A stretch of DNA of 64,000 nt from an uncultured Planctomycetota bacterium (GCA_963719315.1 CAVRBU010000004.1:128001-192000); one strand, 5' to 3'. Positions 43,408-56,214 are shown, numbered from the stretch's first letter. The notes: generated by a model not told the origin, from the letters alone. A program made the numbers and translations.

Positions 43408-45717
43408 CTATTTCGTCGGCGCCGCCTGGATCTCGACGGTCGCCGGTCTGCTTTGGACCGTGATATTTTGACCCTTTACCACCGTTGTGGCAACCACGGT
43501 GAGATTCTCGAACTTACCTGGATTGGCTGATGAAGCTGCTGTAATTGGTATATTCGCCTGTTCCGCGTCTTTGGCGACGATGACAAAAATTGGCGTTGCA
43601 AGCCCCGCGGGACCGTCGCTAACGTGCAAACGCACCGGTTGCAGGTCATCGCCGAAGCGATGCACTTTCACCTCAGCTTGCTGTTGTTTGCCTGCGACAA
43701 TCGGCCCCAGCATGGCAACCGAGACGACCAGCGGCTTGGTAACGCGCAGCTTGACGTTGTTCAAAACCACCGTGCGGGATTGATCTTGAAACGTGCCGGT
43801 GCCTACGATTCGGATGGGAAATTCCCCCTCCGCCAAGTCAGCGGGACCGGTCAGCGAAACGCGAATTGCCTTGAGGCCGTCGCCAACCGGCGCGACTTTC
43901 GCCGTGATGCTGGCAGGCAACCCTTCGACGGCAATGTTCACCGCTTCTTTGAAAGCTTCGTTCGGCCTGCTGATGTTGACGTCGAAGCTCGACGCGCCGA
44001 CAAGTTGCGGGAAGTAGACCTCCGAGCTGGCCAACGACAGATCAAAGTACGGAGGAAATGGCGGTCCCACCCCGATCGCAATCGCATTGACCAATTGCGT
44101 GGGGAGCGATACGGCGTTGGGAAACACCGCCCTCAGCGGCTCGCGCTGGTCGATCGGCACCGTCACCGTACGTTCGCCAATCTTGGCCTTGCCGATGATC
44201 GTTGCCTGACGAACCTCGCCCGCTGGAATGTTGGCGGGCAACGTGATCTTGAGCAAAGTTTCGGCGCCGTCGAACGTATTGCCGGCCAGCGCGACTCCTT
44301 CGCCAAAACCGTTGACCGCTAGTTCAATGGGGCCGTTGTATCCTTGCCGCTTCGCAAGCACTTTCACCGTGAAAGTACCACCCTGCGGCGCAGAATACTG
44401 AAGCGCCTCCGCATTTAGCGAGAAACCTGAATACGCTTCGGTGACGTCGATGCGATAAACACGATCGGGCCCCGGCGCGCCGCCTGCGAACAGGTCTTCG
44501 ACTTGCAATGTGTACTCGCCGTCTTCGGGAATGTCGGCATCGAGCACGGTCTGGCGATCCTCGCGCACCTTCGCAAGTTTCGAGCCGTCGGCTTTGTGCA
44601 GACTCAGGTCCACATCACAGGGTGAGCCCAACTCGCGCGTCTTGGCGACGCAATGCACTCGCTGACCTTTTTGGGCCTTGAACTTGAAACAATCGTGGTC
44701 GTCGGGTTTATCGAGCCGCCCATTGAGGACGCTGGGAAACTGCGCCGGCGTCGCTTCGGAAGGATTGTCGTTTGGTTCCAGTTCGAGCCACTCACTTTCC
44801 GGGCCAACTTCAACCGGAAACCAGCCGGAGCCGGCGATTTCAGTCGTCGGCACACCAAAGTATGCCAGCCGGGTTGCATTATGTGTATCGGGAAGTGCGA
44901 CGTGCAGCTTTGCCAGGGGATTGGTTCCATACCCCGTCAATTCAAAGGACATGACGGTGCCACTCCGCCCGCCTAGCGGATACACGGACGTTACCAGCGG
45001 AAACGATCCCACGCGGAGCCGATAGCGATAATCATTGCCGCCGAGGTGCCGTACGTCGCCCAAAGCCAGCAGGTAATCACCATCGGACTCGAATGAGTGT
45101 GCAAAGCGACTATCGCCTCCCGATCCCTCGGCATCATCGAGCCGGATGACCTCTTGGCCATCGGCTTTCAATAACCGCAGAACGGGGTCGAGCTTCGAGC
45201 CGAGTCGCTGCGACACGACCTCAAATGAAATGTGCTGCCCAGCATCGGCATGGAACTGAAAAAAGTCTTCTTGAACCGCTTCACATTGGCTGTCAACTGC
45301 GATTGGCGGTTGAATCCGTTGTGCCTGCGCCGCCGCATGGTTGTCGGAGGCTTCGGTGGTTGTGGGAAGATCGTCCAACATGATGAGAATCGGATTCGAA
45401 ACTCCCTCGCCCGTGACAACGCGCACGGCGCCCAGGCCCACCTGTTCACCCCGCGGTACGGTCACGCGGCAGACCAGCTTCTCGGCCTGCTTTGAATTTT
45501 CGTCGCCGGCCGGCATGAACTCGCAGCGTGCCGCAAAGGTTGTCCAGAGATGGCGCGGCGATTGGAGATGCTGTCCGTGGATCACGATGTCAACGGATTT
45601 CCCAGGAGACAGGGCCATCGGTTCGATCTGTGTGATCTGTGGCGGCGCGGCGCCAAGTGGCCAGACAGGGGCCAAGAGCGTTAGGAGAAGACCGAGATAA
45701 CCGGTGCGTTTGCTCAT
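43408..45717 (-). CDS. PPC (pre-peptidase C-terminal) domain protein (module A)
   Basis: Signal peptide; RLGSKLDPVL, YRYRLRVG, ELEPND, NGRLDKPDD.D.F, ELGSPCD. Confidence 0.85.
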   Translation of the reverse strand: MSKRTGYLGLLLTLLAPVWPLGAAPPQITQIEPMALSPGKSVDIVIHGQHLQSPRHLWTTFAARCEFMPAGDENSKQAEKLVCRVTVPRGEQVGLGAVRVVTGEGVSNPILIMLDDLPTTTEASDNHAAAQAQRIQPPIAVDSQCEAVQEDFFQFHADAGQHISFEVVSQRLGSKLDPVLRLLKADGQEVIRLDDAEGSGGDSRFAHSFESDGDYLLALGDVRHLGGNDYRYRLRVGSFPLVTSVYPLGGRSGTVMSFELTGYGTNPLAKLHVALPDTHNATRLAYFGVPTTEIAGSGWFPVEVGPESEWLELEPNDNPSEATPAQFPSVLNGRLDKPDDHDCFKFKAQKGQRVHCVAKTRELGSPCDVDLSLHKADGSKLAKVREDRQTVLDADIPEDGEYTLQVEDLFAGGAPGPDRVYRIDVTEAYSGFSLNAEALQYSAPQGGTFTVKVLAKRQGYNGPIELAVNGFGEGVALAGNTFDGAETLLKITLPANIPAGEVRQATIIGKAKIGERTVTVPIDQREPLRAVFPNAVSLPTQLVNAIAIGVGPPFPPYFDLSLASSEVYFPQLVGASSFDVNISRPNEAFKEAVNIAVEGLPASITAKVAPVGDGLKAIRVSLTGPADLAEGEFPIRIVGTGTFQDQSRTVVLNNVKLRVTKPLVVSVAMLGPIVAGKQQQAEVKVHRFGDDLQPVRLHVSDGPAGLATPIFVIVAKDAEQANIPITAASSANPGKFENLTVVATTVVKGQNITVQSRPATVEIQAAPTK

Positions 45718-45801
45718 ACACCTTTTATCATATTATTGGGGGTGTGATGACGCACAACATTTCCGGCATCATGCGGATCACGGCCAGAAAAAGCGGTATA
45801 A

Positions 45802-46065
45802 GGCGGGAATTACGGCACGTTCGACCAGGGCGGCAACGACTGGGAGTGGAACGAAACGAAAGTGACCAGTTCGTCGCGTGGTCTGCGTGGCGGGTCTTTC
45901 AGCGGCGGCTCGGGCGAACTGCACGCGTCCTCCCGCTTCGACTACGATCCCACGGCCGAAATCTTCCTTGTGGGGTTTCGCGTCGCAAGTCCTGCCATCC
46001 CTGAGCCAAGCACGATGCTGCTTCTATGCTTTGGAAGTCTGGCGTTGTTGCGGCGGCGACGCTGA
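45802..46065 (+). pseudogene. C-terminal relic of an FGE/SUMF1-domain PEP-CTERM protein
   Basis: YGTFDQGGNDWEWNE..RGLRGGSF...GFRVAS, then IPEPSTMLLLCFGSLALLRRRR. In-frame TAA at 45799-45801 and no upstream gene body. Confidence 0.85.
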
Positions 46066-46400
46066 GACTGACGCAGCGAAAGGAGAGGAACACTAATGTC
46101 CACAAATCTTCGCTAATAAGATTTGGATTAGCGCAGATTTGCGTCGATTAGTGTTCCGGGAATCGAATTCCGCCAAGCTAAAAAGCCGGTTTGCGTATCA
46201 ACCCGGAGCCTACCACGCTGCTGTTTCAATAAGTTGGAAGTCTGGCGGTGGGGGGCACCCGCAAAGGCCGCTGACGCCGTGCGGATCGACTCTCGCAACG
46301 GCTTGCCGCGCTAGAAAGCTGACTTGACCGGTCATGGCTCCCGCGGTTGAATAAGTGTGGTGGATGCTCCCGTTGGGGGTGGTTTATGCACGGAGCGAGT

Positions 46401-46601
46401 ATGACCCAGATTGAAGCAATTCAAGCCGAAATTGAATCCCTGTCGAGTGAAGACTTTGTCCGGCTCCGGGAGTGGATTGCCGAACGAGATTGGCAGAATT
46501 GGGATCGACAAATCGAGGTAGACTCCGCCGCGGGCAAGCTGGACTTCTTGCGGGAAGAAGTCCAAGCAGCGAAGCAGCAAGGAGAGTTGCGAGAACATTA
46601 A
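46401..46601 (+). CDS. Putative antitoxin (small acidic protein)
   Basis: GGAG RBS; IE.LS.E....LREW..E.DW..WDRQIE.D..AGKLD.L, a family commonly found upstream of RelE/ParE-like toxins. Confidence 0.75.
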   Translation: MTQIEAIQAEIESLSSEDFVRLREWIAERDWQNWDRQIEVDSAAGKLDFLREEVQAAKQQGELREH

Positions 46602-46853
46602 GAGCATCGAACAACGTCACAATTCTGTAAGCGTTTCAACGCGCTCCCTAAAGAAGTTCAGCAGTTGGCCCACAAGAACTTCCTGCTTCTCAAACAGGAT
46701 TCCCGGCACCCGTCCTTGCTGTTTAAGCAGCTTGGCAATCACTGGTCAGCGCGAGTAGGTCTCAACTACCGCGCACTTGCCGTGAAGGATGGTTCCGACT
46801 ACGTATGGGTATGGATAGGAACCCATGCGGAGTATGACAAGCTGATAAAGTGA
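46602..46853 (+). CDS. RelE/ParE-like toxin; no start codon at the expected position
   Basis: HRTTSQF.KRFNALPKEVQQLA.KNF.LLK...HPSL.FK....WSARVGL.YRALA......W.WIGTHAEYDKL. First possible start is TTG 46665. Confidence 0.75.
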   Translation, partial: EHRTTSQFCKRFNALPKEVQQLAHKNFLLLKQDSRHPSLLFKQLGNHWSARVGLNYRALAVKDGSDYVWVWIGTHAEYDKLIK

Positions 46854-46875
46854 CGGCCGGTCGTTCGCTTGCTTC

Positions 46876-48251
46876 TCAGCCGACCAGCTCCGTAATTGGG
46901 CTCGCCTCGGCCGCCACGGGACGCTGCAGGCGGCCTTGGGCGTCGGGTATCGCCACGTGGGGATCGATTCCCAGGTTGAGCAGCAGCGTTGCGTGAATAT
47001 CGCCAAACGTAACAGGGCGATCGATTACTTCGCCGGCTTGCTTATCGGTTGCGCCGATGACCTGCCCGGTTTTCATGCCGCCGCACGCCAATAGCGCGGA
47101 ATTAACGCGTGGCCAGTGATCGCGGCCGGCCGTGGCGTTGATCGTCGGCGTACGTCCAAATTCGCCCCACACGACCACGGACACGACTTTATCCAGCCCC
47201 CGTTCGTGCAGGTCTTGCACCAGCGCGGAGACGGAATTATCGAGCAGCGGGAATTCCGTTCGCCCTTGCCCGAAGTTATTGCCGTGCCAATCCCAGCGGC
47301 TGATATTGAGCGAAACAACCCGCGCCCGGCTTCGACCAAACGCCGTGCCACCAGCAGATTCTCGGTAACTCGCGGGGCGCCATCGTTAAGGTACTCCGCC
47401 ACGCCCTTGCCGTAGCGCTCGACGACTTTCGGATCCTCGCGGCTGGTATCGAGCGCCTCGACCAACTTCGGCGAAGCCAAGATGCTCCAAGCCTGGTCGA
47501 TGAACTGATCGCGCTCCTTTTTTATCGGTGAGGCTTCGACCGAATTTCGCCACTGATCGAGCGTCTTCAGCAGTTCGCGGCGGCCTTTAAGGCGATCCAA
47601 CGTCACATCGCGAAGCACAAGTTGTCCGGGGTCGGGCGCAAGGTCTTTAGTGCTCTTCACCTTGTGACCGGGGTCGTATTTGTCGACTAAGCCATACGGC
47701 GCGTACGGTGCGCCGAGGAAGCCACCGCCGCCCGGCGCACCCCAAGGCGCATGACTGGTTCGATAAAAGAGGGAGAGATTGGGCGGAATTTCCGGGCACG
47801 CCGGGCCTTCCAGCCGGGACACCCACGCGCCTAACGTCGGCGAATTGGGATCCAGTCGGGGCGACATGCACTGTTCCGCAAAGTGCGGGCCGCGGGCATC
47901 GACGATGCTCCGCACGATGGCTAGTTTGTCCATCATCGCAGCCAGCTTCGGAAATAGCTCGCATATCTGGATGCCAGGGACGTTCGTCTGGATGGGTTTG
48001 AACTCGCCGCGGATTTCCGCCGGGGCCTCAGGCTTGAGGTCCCACATGTCTTGGTGCGGCGGCCCGCCCGGCAAAAAGATATTGATCAGCGACTTATGCG
48101 TCGGCAGATTCCCCTGCTGAGCCTCGGCTCGCAGAAGCGAGGACAGGCTTAGCCCGCCTGCCATTGAGCCACCCACAATCAGGAAATCTCGTCGTGACAG
48201 GCCATCGCAGAATCGGCCGCGGTTTGCGATCTTCCCGAGTAGGGTTAGCAT
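46876..48251 (-). CDS. DUF1501 domain protein (module A); frameshift near 47325
   Basis: SRRDFL; GGPPHQDMWDLKP, ARRLVEAG | (A)RVVSL...WDWH, WGEFGRTP, GRDHWP. Confidence 0.9.
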
Positions 48252-48284
48252 TTCCAGACCCTCCAGTGTTGGCGGACGCCCGGT

Positions 48285-48292
48285 ATTATAAT
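48285..48292. promoter_or_regulatory. Candidate bidirectional sigma70 -10 element (ATTATAAT)
   Basis: TATAAT on + (48287-48292) and on - (48290-48285) in the 74-bp gap between divergent genes. Confidence 0.5.
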
Positions 48293-48325
48293 GGTTCGCA
48301 GCGTAAATCCAACCAGGAAAACATC

Positions 48326-49711
48326 GTGCGACGACTCACAACAACGACTTATCCGATATTTCTTGCCGTTCTGGCCATTATTCCGCGCTACGCAATGGCC
48401 GAGGGTGCCCCGCCGACGCCAGTCAGCTTTATCCGCGACGTGGCCCCCATCCTGGTCCGCAAATGCCAGGCCTGCCACGGTCCGAAGGTCGCTGAGAGCA
48501 ATTACCGGCTCGACACGTTTGAATTGCTGATGCGACCGGGTGATTTCGGTTCGGCACCGGTTACAGCAGGAAGCTTGGACGACAGTGGACTCTACCAACT
48601 GATCACTGCGGACGATCCTGATGCGAGAATGCCGAACAATGGCGGCCGGCTCGCCGACTCCGAAATTCAAACCATTGCCAACTGGATTCGCGAAGGCGCC
48701 AAGTTCGACGGCCAAAATGCGGCAGCGTCGTTGCGCGATCAGATTCCTCGTGATATTCCCCACCCCGCCGCTCCAGCAGCCTACCCGGTTGCGATTCCCA
48801 TCACGGCGATGGCGTTCACTGCGGATGGTAGCCAATTGCTGGTCGGCGGGTACCACGAACTCTTAATCTGGGACCCGGCGGCTGCGAAACTTGTCGCACG
48901 AGTCGGAAATATACCCCAGCGGACGTTTGGCTTAACCTTCAACGCGGATAATTCCCTGCTGGCCGTGGCCGGCGGTTCGCCAGGAGTTGCCGGGGAGGTG
49001 CGGCTGATCCCCTGGGAGGGAGGACCAAAGCGCGACGCCGAACCAAAGATCCTGGCATCTCTCAATGACGTGTTCTTTGCCATCGCTTTCCGACCCGATG
49101 GGAAACAACTCGCTGCCGGTGGCGCCGACGGCTCGGTTCGCGTGTTCGACGTGACATCCGGTGTCGAGCGGCTGAGAATCAGTGGCCACTCCGACTGGGT
49201 GAACGGAGTATGCTATAGTCCCGACGGCAAGCTCATTGCCACCGCCAGCCGCGATAAGACCGCGAAGGTCTTTGACGCGGAGACGGGAAGCTTGCTCGCG
49301 ACACATTCGGAACACAATGCGCCTGTCCGGGCAGTTGCTTTCGCGCCGGACGGCAAGTCGGTAATCAGCGCCGGCGGAAGCCGTATCCGCGTTTGGAACG
49401 TTCTGGACTCGAAGTTGGTGGGCGAAATGACCGGCTTCCAAAACAACGTCTATGCTCTGTTGGCCAGTGGCGAAAACATTGTGGGAGCTTCCGCCGATCA
49501 GAGCGTTCGGCAGTTCAAGTTGTCGGACCGATCATTAGTTCGAGCGCTCACGCCGCATTCGGCATGGGTCTTGTCGCTCGCCTGGCATCCGCCGTCTCAC
49601 CGACTCGCCGCTGGTTGCTTCGATGGCACGGTGACGACCTGGGATCTGGAAAATGGAGCAATGGTGAAGCAGTTCTTGGCCGTCCCTGTGGCCGAACCGC
49701 CGAGAGAATAA
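48326..49711 (+). CDS. PSCyt1 cytochrome c + WD40-repeat protein (module A)
   Basis: VSFIRDVAPIL..CQACHG, RMP, WIREGA; WD repeats (GHSDWV..SPDG..SRDKTAKVFD). GTG start inferred. Confidence 0.88.
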   Translation: MRRLTTTTYPIFLAVLAIIPRYAMAEGAPPTPVSFIRDVAPILVRKCQACHGPKVAESNYRLDTFELLMRPGDFGSAPVTAGSLDDSGLYQLITADDPDARMPNNGGRLADSEIQTIANWIREGAKFDGQNAAASLRDQIPRDIPHPAAPAAYPVAIPITAMAFTADGSQLLVGGYHELLIWDPAAAKLVARVGNIPQRTFGLTFNADNSLLAVAGGSPGVAGEVRLIPWEGGPKRDAEPKILASLNDVFFAIAFRPDGKQLAAGGADGSVRVFDVTSGVERLRISGHSDWVNGVCYSPDGKLIATASRDKTAKVFDAETGSLLATHSEHNAPVRAVAFAPDGKSVISAGGSRIRVWNVLDSKLVGEMTGFQNNVYALLASGENIVGASADQSVRQFKLSDRSLVRALTPHSAWVLSLAWHPPSHRLAAGCFDGTVTTWDLENGAMVKQFLAVPVAEPPRE

Positions 49712-49790
49712 AGCAAGCTGGGCAAACCGCGACGTTTCTGATGCAGGTAGAGGCGTTCAGGATTTTGTCTATACCCAGGCAAGAAACTGC

Positions 49791-49820
49791 TTGACATCAC
49801 GGGTGTCGCGGGATTAGTTT
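49791..49820 (+). promoter_or_regulatory. Candidate sigma70 promoter of the module B operon
   Basis: TTGACA (49791-49796), 18-nt spacer, TAGTTT (49815-49820). Confidence 0.45.
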
Positions 49821-50022
49821 AACCGAATCCTACCTCATACGTTGTGTTCGGCGTCAAGCAAGCCGGCGGTGCAACGTCCCACCTTAACAAAAAATGAAAC
49901 TCCTGAGGATCCGCTCAGGATTCTTCAGACCCGACGGCGATAGTTTCGCCGATTACGATAGATTGCGTCCGGGGGCTTCGGTACTTCCAATCAACTCTAG
50001 CTGTTTACGGGAGGACGGAACC

Positions 50023-51333
50023 ATGACATGTTGCCCAGGTAATCCGCTTAATCGCCGCGGTTTTTTGACGGTGGGCGCGATCGGCGGACTTGGCCTAACG
50101 CTGCCGGCCTTTTTTCGCCTGCAACAGGCCCAGGCCGAGCAGAAGTTTTACGAAAGTAAAGAAGGTTCAGCCAAGAGCGTCATTTATATCTTCATGCCGG
50201 GTGGAATGGCGCACCAGGAAACATTCGATCCCAAGCCGTTCGCTCCGGTCGAGTACCGCGGCCCGTTCAGCAGCATCGAAACGAACGTGCCCGGCGTGCG
50301 GCTCGGTCAGCATCTGCAAAAGACGGCTCAGGTTGCCGACAAGATCACGATCTGCCGTTCGATGACGCACGGCGAAGCGGCCCACGAGCGCGGCACGCAC
50401 AACATGTTTACTGGATATCGGCCAAGCCCCGCGCTCGTGTTTCCGAGCATGGGCAGCGTGGTGTCGCACGAATTCGGCCCGCGCGCCGACCTGCCACCCT
50501 ATGTTTGCATCCCGAGTATGCCGAACATCTACGCCGGCACCGGTTACTTGAGCTCTTCCTTCGGCGCGTTCAGCTTGGGCGACGATCCGGCGCGCGATGG
50601 TTTTCAAGTCCGCGATTTGCAGCGGCCCGCCGACGTCGACGATGCTCGATTCGAGGAGCGGCGGAAGATGCTCGACCTCGTGAACGATCACTTTCGCAAG
50701 CTGGAGAAGTCCGACGCGCTCGATGCCGTGGACACGAACTATCAGCGGGCTTACTCGCTCATCAGCTCGCAAAAAGCGCGCGAGGCGTTCGACATCGGCA
50801 AGGAGACGCCTCAAGTTCGCGATGAGTACGGTCGCAATCAGGCGGGCGCCCGGATGCTGCTCGCGCGGCGGTTGGTAGAGGCGGGCGTCCGGTTTGTGAC
50901 GCTGACTTACGGCAGTTGGGACTACCACGATAACATTGCCGCTGGCATGGGGAGCCAGCTTCCCGCCTTCGACCAGGCCTTTGCCACCTTGATTCGCGAT
51001 TTGGATCGTCGCAAATTGCTGGATTCGACCCTAGTGTGCGTGGCCTCTGAGTTTGGCCGGACGCCGAAGATCAATGGCACAGCGGGCCGCGATCATTGGC
51101 CCAAGGTGTTCAGCGTCGTCATGGCCGGCGGAGGCATTAAGCGCGGCACGGTGTATGGCAACTCCGACGCCACGGCCAGCGAACCGCAGGACAATCCACT
51201 CACGGTGGAGGATTGGGCCACGACCATTTACCAGTGCCTCGGTATTACGGCCGATAAAGAGCTCTTGGCTCCCGGCGGCCGGCCGGTGGAAATCGTCAAG
51301 GACGGCCAGGTCATTCGCGAGTTGCTGGCATGA
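50023..51333 (+). CDS. DUF1501 domain protein (module B)
   Basis: GGAGG RBS; NRRGFL Tat motif; GGMAHQETFDPKP, ARRLVEAGVRFV, WDYH, SEFGRTP, GRDHWP. Confidence 0.93.
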   Translation: MTCCPGNPLNRRGFLTVGAIGGLGLTLPAFFRLQQAQAEQKFYESKEGSAKSVIYIFMPGGMAHQETFDPKPFAPVEYRGPFSSIETNVPGVRLGQHLQKTAQVADKITICRSMTHGEAAHERGTHNMFTGYRPSPALVFPSMGSVVSHEFGPRADLPPYVCIPSMPNIYAGTGYLSSSFGAFSLGDDPARDGFQVRDLQRPADVDDARFEERRKMLDLVNDHFRKLEKSDALDAVDTNYQRAYSLISSQKAREAFDIGKETPQVRDEYGRNQAGARMLLARRLVEAGVRFVTLTYGSWDYHDNIAAGMGSQLPAFDQAFATLIRDLDRRKLLDSTLVCVASEFGRTPKINGTAGRDHWPKVFSVVMAGGGIKRGTVYGNSDATASEPQDNPLTVEDWATTIYQCLGITADKELLAPGGRPVEIVKDGQVIRELLA

Positions 51334-53768
51334 AACGCGCCTCCTGCTGGTTGCTTCCGCCGTTTCTCTCCGCCGTACTCATGATTTTGCTCGGCGGCCG
51401 GGCACACGCCGCCTCGCCGCAGCTTTCTTACGTGTTGCCGCCCGGAGTGCAGCGCGGTCATGAGCACGTGCTGACATTCACCGGCGCGCATTTGAAGGAT
51501 GCCGAGGAAGCGCTGCTGTACTCGACCGGTATCACGGTGAAGAAAGTCGAGGTTGTCGATCCGCAAAATGTGCGGGTGACGGTCGACGTGGCACCCGATT
51601 GCCGGCTGGGTGAGCATATAGTGCAGCTTCGCACTCACACGGGCGCCTCGGATTACCGTTCGTTCTTTGTCGGGGCGCTGCCGGGCGTGGATGAAAAAGA
51701 GCCAAACAACTCGTTCGACCAACCGCAGCCGATCGAGTTGAACGTGTGTGTGGCCGGTGTGCTTCAGAATGAGGATGCCGACTACTATCGCATCCACGCC
51801 ACGAAGGGCCAGCGGCTTTCAATCGAGATTGAGGGCATCCGCCTTGGCCAGGCGTATTTTGATCCTTATCTGGCGATACTCGATAAAAATCGATTCGAGT
51901 TGGCCGCGGTAGACGACACGGTGTTGCTGCGGCAGGACGGGTTCCTATCGGTGATCATTCCCGTAGACGGCGATTACACGATCCTAGTTCGCGAAAGTTC
52001 CTACCGCGGGGCCGAAAATTGCCGCTATCGCTTGCACGTGGGCAATTTCCCGCGTCCGTCGGTGGCCTATCCGGCCGGCGGCAAGCGGGGCGAGCAGCTC
52101 AAGGTGCTATTTCTCGGTGATGCGGCCGGTCCGATCGAGCGCCAAATCACCGTGCCCGTGGATCCAAAAGTCTCTGCCGACCAATTCGTTGAAGACGGCC
52201 CGGCTATAACCCCATCCGCCGTTCCGTTTCGCGCGTTTACCGACGGCAACGTCATGGAAACGGAACCTAACGACGCGTTCGAGACGGCCACTCAAGCCGA
52301 GTTGCCCCTCGCTCTGAACGGCCGGCTGGAGAAACCGGGCAACGTCGATTTTTTCAAATTCAGCGCTAAGAAAGGGCAAGTCTGGGAGATCGAGTGCTAT
52401 GCTCGCCGGATTGGTTCACCGGTCGATCCCGTAATCTACGTCTACAAAGCGGATAAGAATACGTTAGCCGGCAGCGACGATGCCCGTGGGCAGGATAGCT
52501 ACCTGCGCTGGCAGGTGCCGGAAGATGGCGACTATTACATTCGAGTCGCCGATCACTTGAATCAGGGTGGGCCCACGTATGTGTATCGAGTCGAATTGTC
52601 GCCTGTGGCGCCCTCGCTGAAAATCGGCATCCCCCGGGTTGACCGCTATTCGCAGACGCGCCAAACGATTGTTGTGCCACGCGGCAATCGCTACGGAACG
52701 CTGATCCTTGCGACCCGCGCGGATTTCGGCGGGCCGATCGAGCTGTTGCCGCAAAACCTGATCCCTGGAGTCACGATGACGGCGCAGCCGATGCACCCCA
52801 GCATGAATCTGATGCCCGTCGTGTTCGACGCCGCGGAGGACGCGCCAATCGACGGCGACCTGATTGACTTTCGCGCGAAGCTGGCCGACCCCAAGCAACC
52901 GCCGCTGGAAGGTGGTTTCGAAAACGTGGCCGACTTCGTTCTGGGCGAGCCGAACAACGCCGTGTACATCGCGGGCACAGTGCAAAAGGTGGCAATGGTC
53001 GTTGGCGACAAGGTACCGTACCACCTGGAAATCGTCCAACCGAAGGTGCCCCTCATCCGAGCCGGCACGATGAATCTCAAAGTGCTTGTGCACCGCGACG
53101 CCGGTTTTGATGCGCCGCTCACCGTGCTATTTCCGTTCAATCCGCCCGGCGTGGGTTCGGCCGGCGCGATCACGATCGACAAGGGGAAAAGCGAAGGGGT
53201 TTACCCTCTAAACGCCAATGGCGAGGCACTTCTCGGCAAATGGCCCATGATGGTGATTGGTGCTGCCGATATCGATGGTCAGGCCTGGGTTTCCTCGCAA
53301 CTTGCCGAACTGGACATCGCCGACCGCTATGTCAATTTCGACATGAAACGCGCGGCCTGCGATAAGGGACAGCCGACTCAAGTTCAGTGCATCTTGGCGC
53401 ACAACACGCCGTTCGAGGGCAACGCCAAAGCAGAGTTGCTCGGCTTGCCGCCGGGCACCACGGCCGATCCGGTGGAATTCACCAAGGACTCCAAGGAATT
53501 ATTATTCCAGGTGAAGACGACCAAAGACACGCCGGTCGGAAGTCACAAATCGCTATTCTGTCAGGTGACGATCACACAAAACGGCGAGCCGATCATCGGC
53601 ACTGTCGGCTCAACAGAGTTGCAGGTGAACGAGCCGCCCGCTGTCGCTGCCGCCGCACCAGCTCCTGCTGCCGCCGCGGCTGCTACGCCCGCCGCCGCTC
53701 CCGCCGCAAAACCGCTTTCGCGCTTGGAGCAGCTTCGCGCCAAGGTCCACCATCCGGAGGCAAAGTAA
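51330..53768 (+). CDS. PPC domain protein (module B)
   Basis: ATGA overlap with DUF1501; EKEPNN, ETEPND, ARRIGSPVDP; Ala/Pro tail ending KPLSRLEQLR. Confidence 0.88.
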   Translation: MKRASCWLLPPFLSAVLMILLGGRAHAASPQLSYVLPPGVQRGHEHVLTFTGAHLKDAEEALLYSTGITVKKVEVVDPQNVRVTVDVAPDCRLGEHIVQLRTHTGASDYRSFFVGALPGVDEKEPNNSFDQPQPIELNVCVAGVLQNEDADYYRIHATKGQRLSIEIEGIRLGQAYFDPYLAILDKNRFELAAVDDTVLLRQDGFLSVIIPVDGDYTILVRESSYRGAENCRYRLHVGNFPRPSVAYPAGGKRGEQLKVLFLGDAAGPIERQITVPVDPKVSADQFVEDGPAITPSAVPFRAFTDGNVMETEPNDAFETATQAELPLALNGRLEKPGNVDFFKFSAKKGQVWEIECYARRIGSPVDPVIYVYKADKNTLAGSDDARGQDSYLRWQVPEDGDYYIRVADHLNQGGPTYVYRVELSPVAPSLKIGIPRVDRYSQTRQTIVVPRGNRYGTLILATRADFGGPIELLPQNLIPGVTMTAQPMHPSMNLMPVVFDAAEDAPIDGDLIDFRAKLADPKQPPLEGGFENVADFVLGEPNNAVYIAGTVQKVAMVVGDKVPYHLEIVQPKVPLIRAGTMNLKVLVHRDAGFDAPLTVLFPFNPPGVGSAGAITIDKGKSEGVYPLNANGEALLGKWPMMVIGAADIDGQAWVSSQLAELDIADRYVNFDMKRAACDKGQPTQVQCILAHNTPFEGNAKAELLGLPPGTTADPVEFTKDSKELLFQVKTTKDTPVGSHKSLFCQVTITQNGEPIIGTVGSTELQVNEPPAVAAAAPAPAAAAAATPAAAPAAKPLSRLEQLRAKVHHPEAK

Positions 53769-53770
53769 CC

Positions 53771-56212
<2,442 letters not shown>

Positions 56213-56214
56213 CG

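Noticed and set aside
53636..53710. GCC/GCT-rich tandem-like repeat
   Set aside because: Encodes the Ala/Pro linker of the PPC protein; not an independent DNA repeat.
53387..53770. N-terminal extensions in the ORF track (53387, 49894, 48164, 33360, 10858, 35956)
   Set aside because: They overlap upstream genes or lack RBS support; downstream starts give a signal peptide and/or an RBS.
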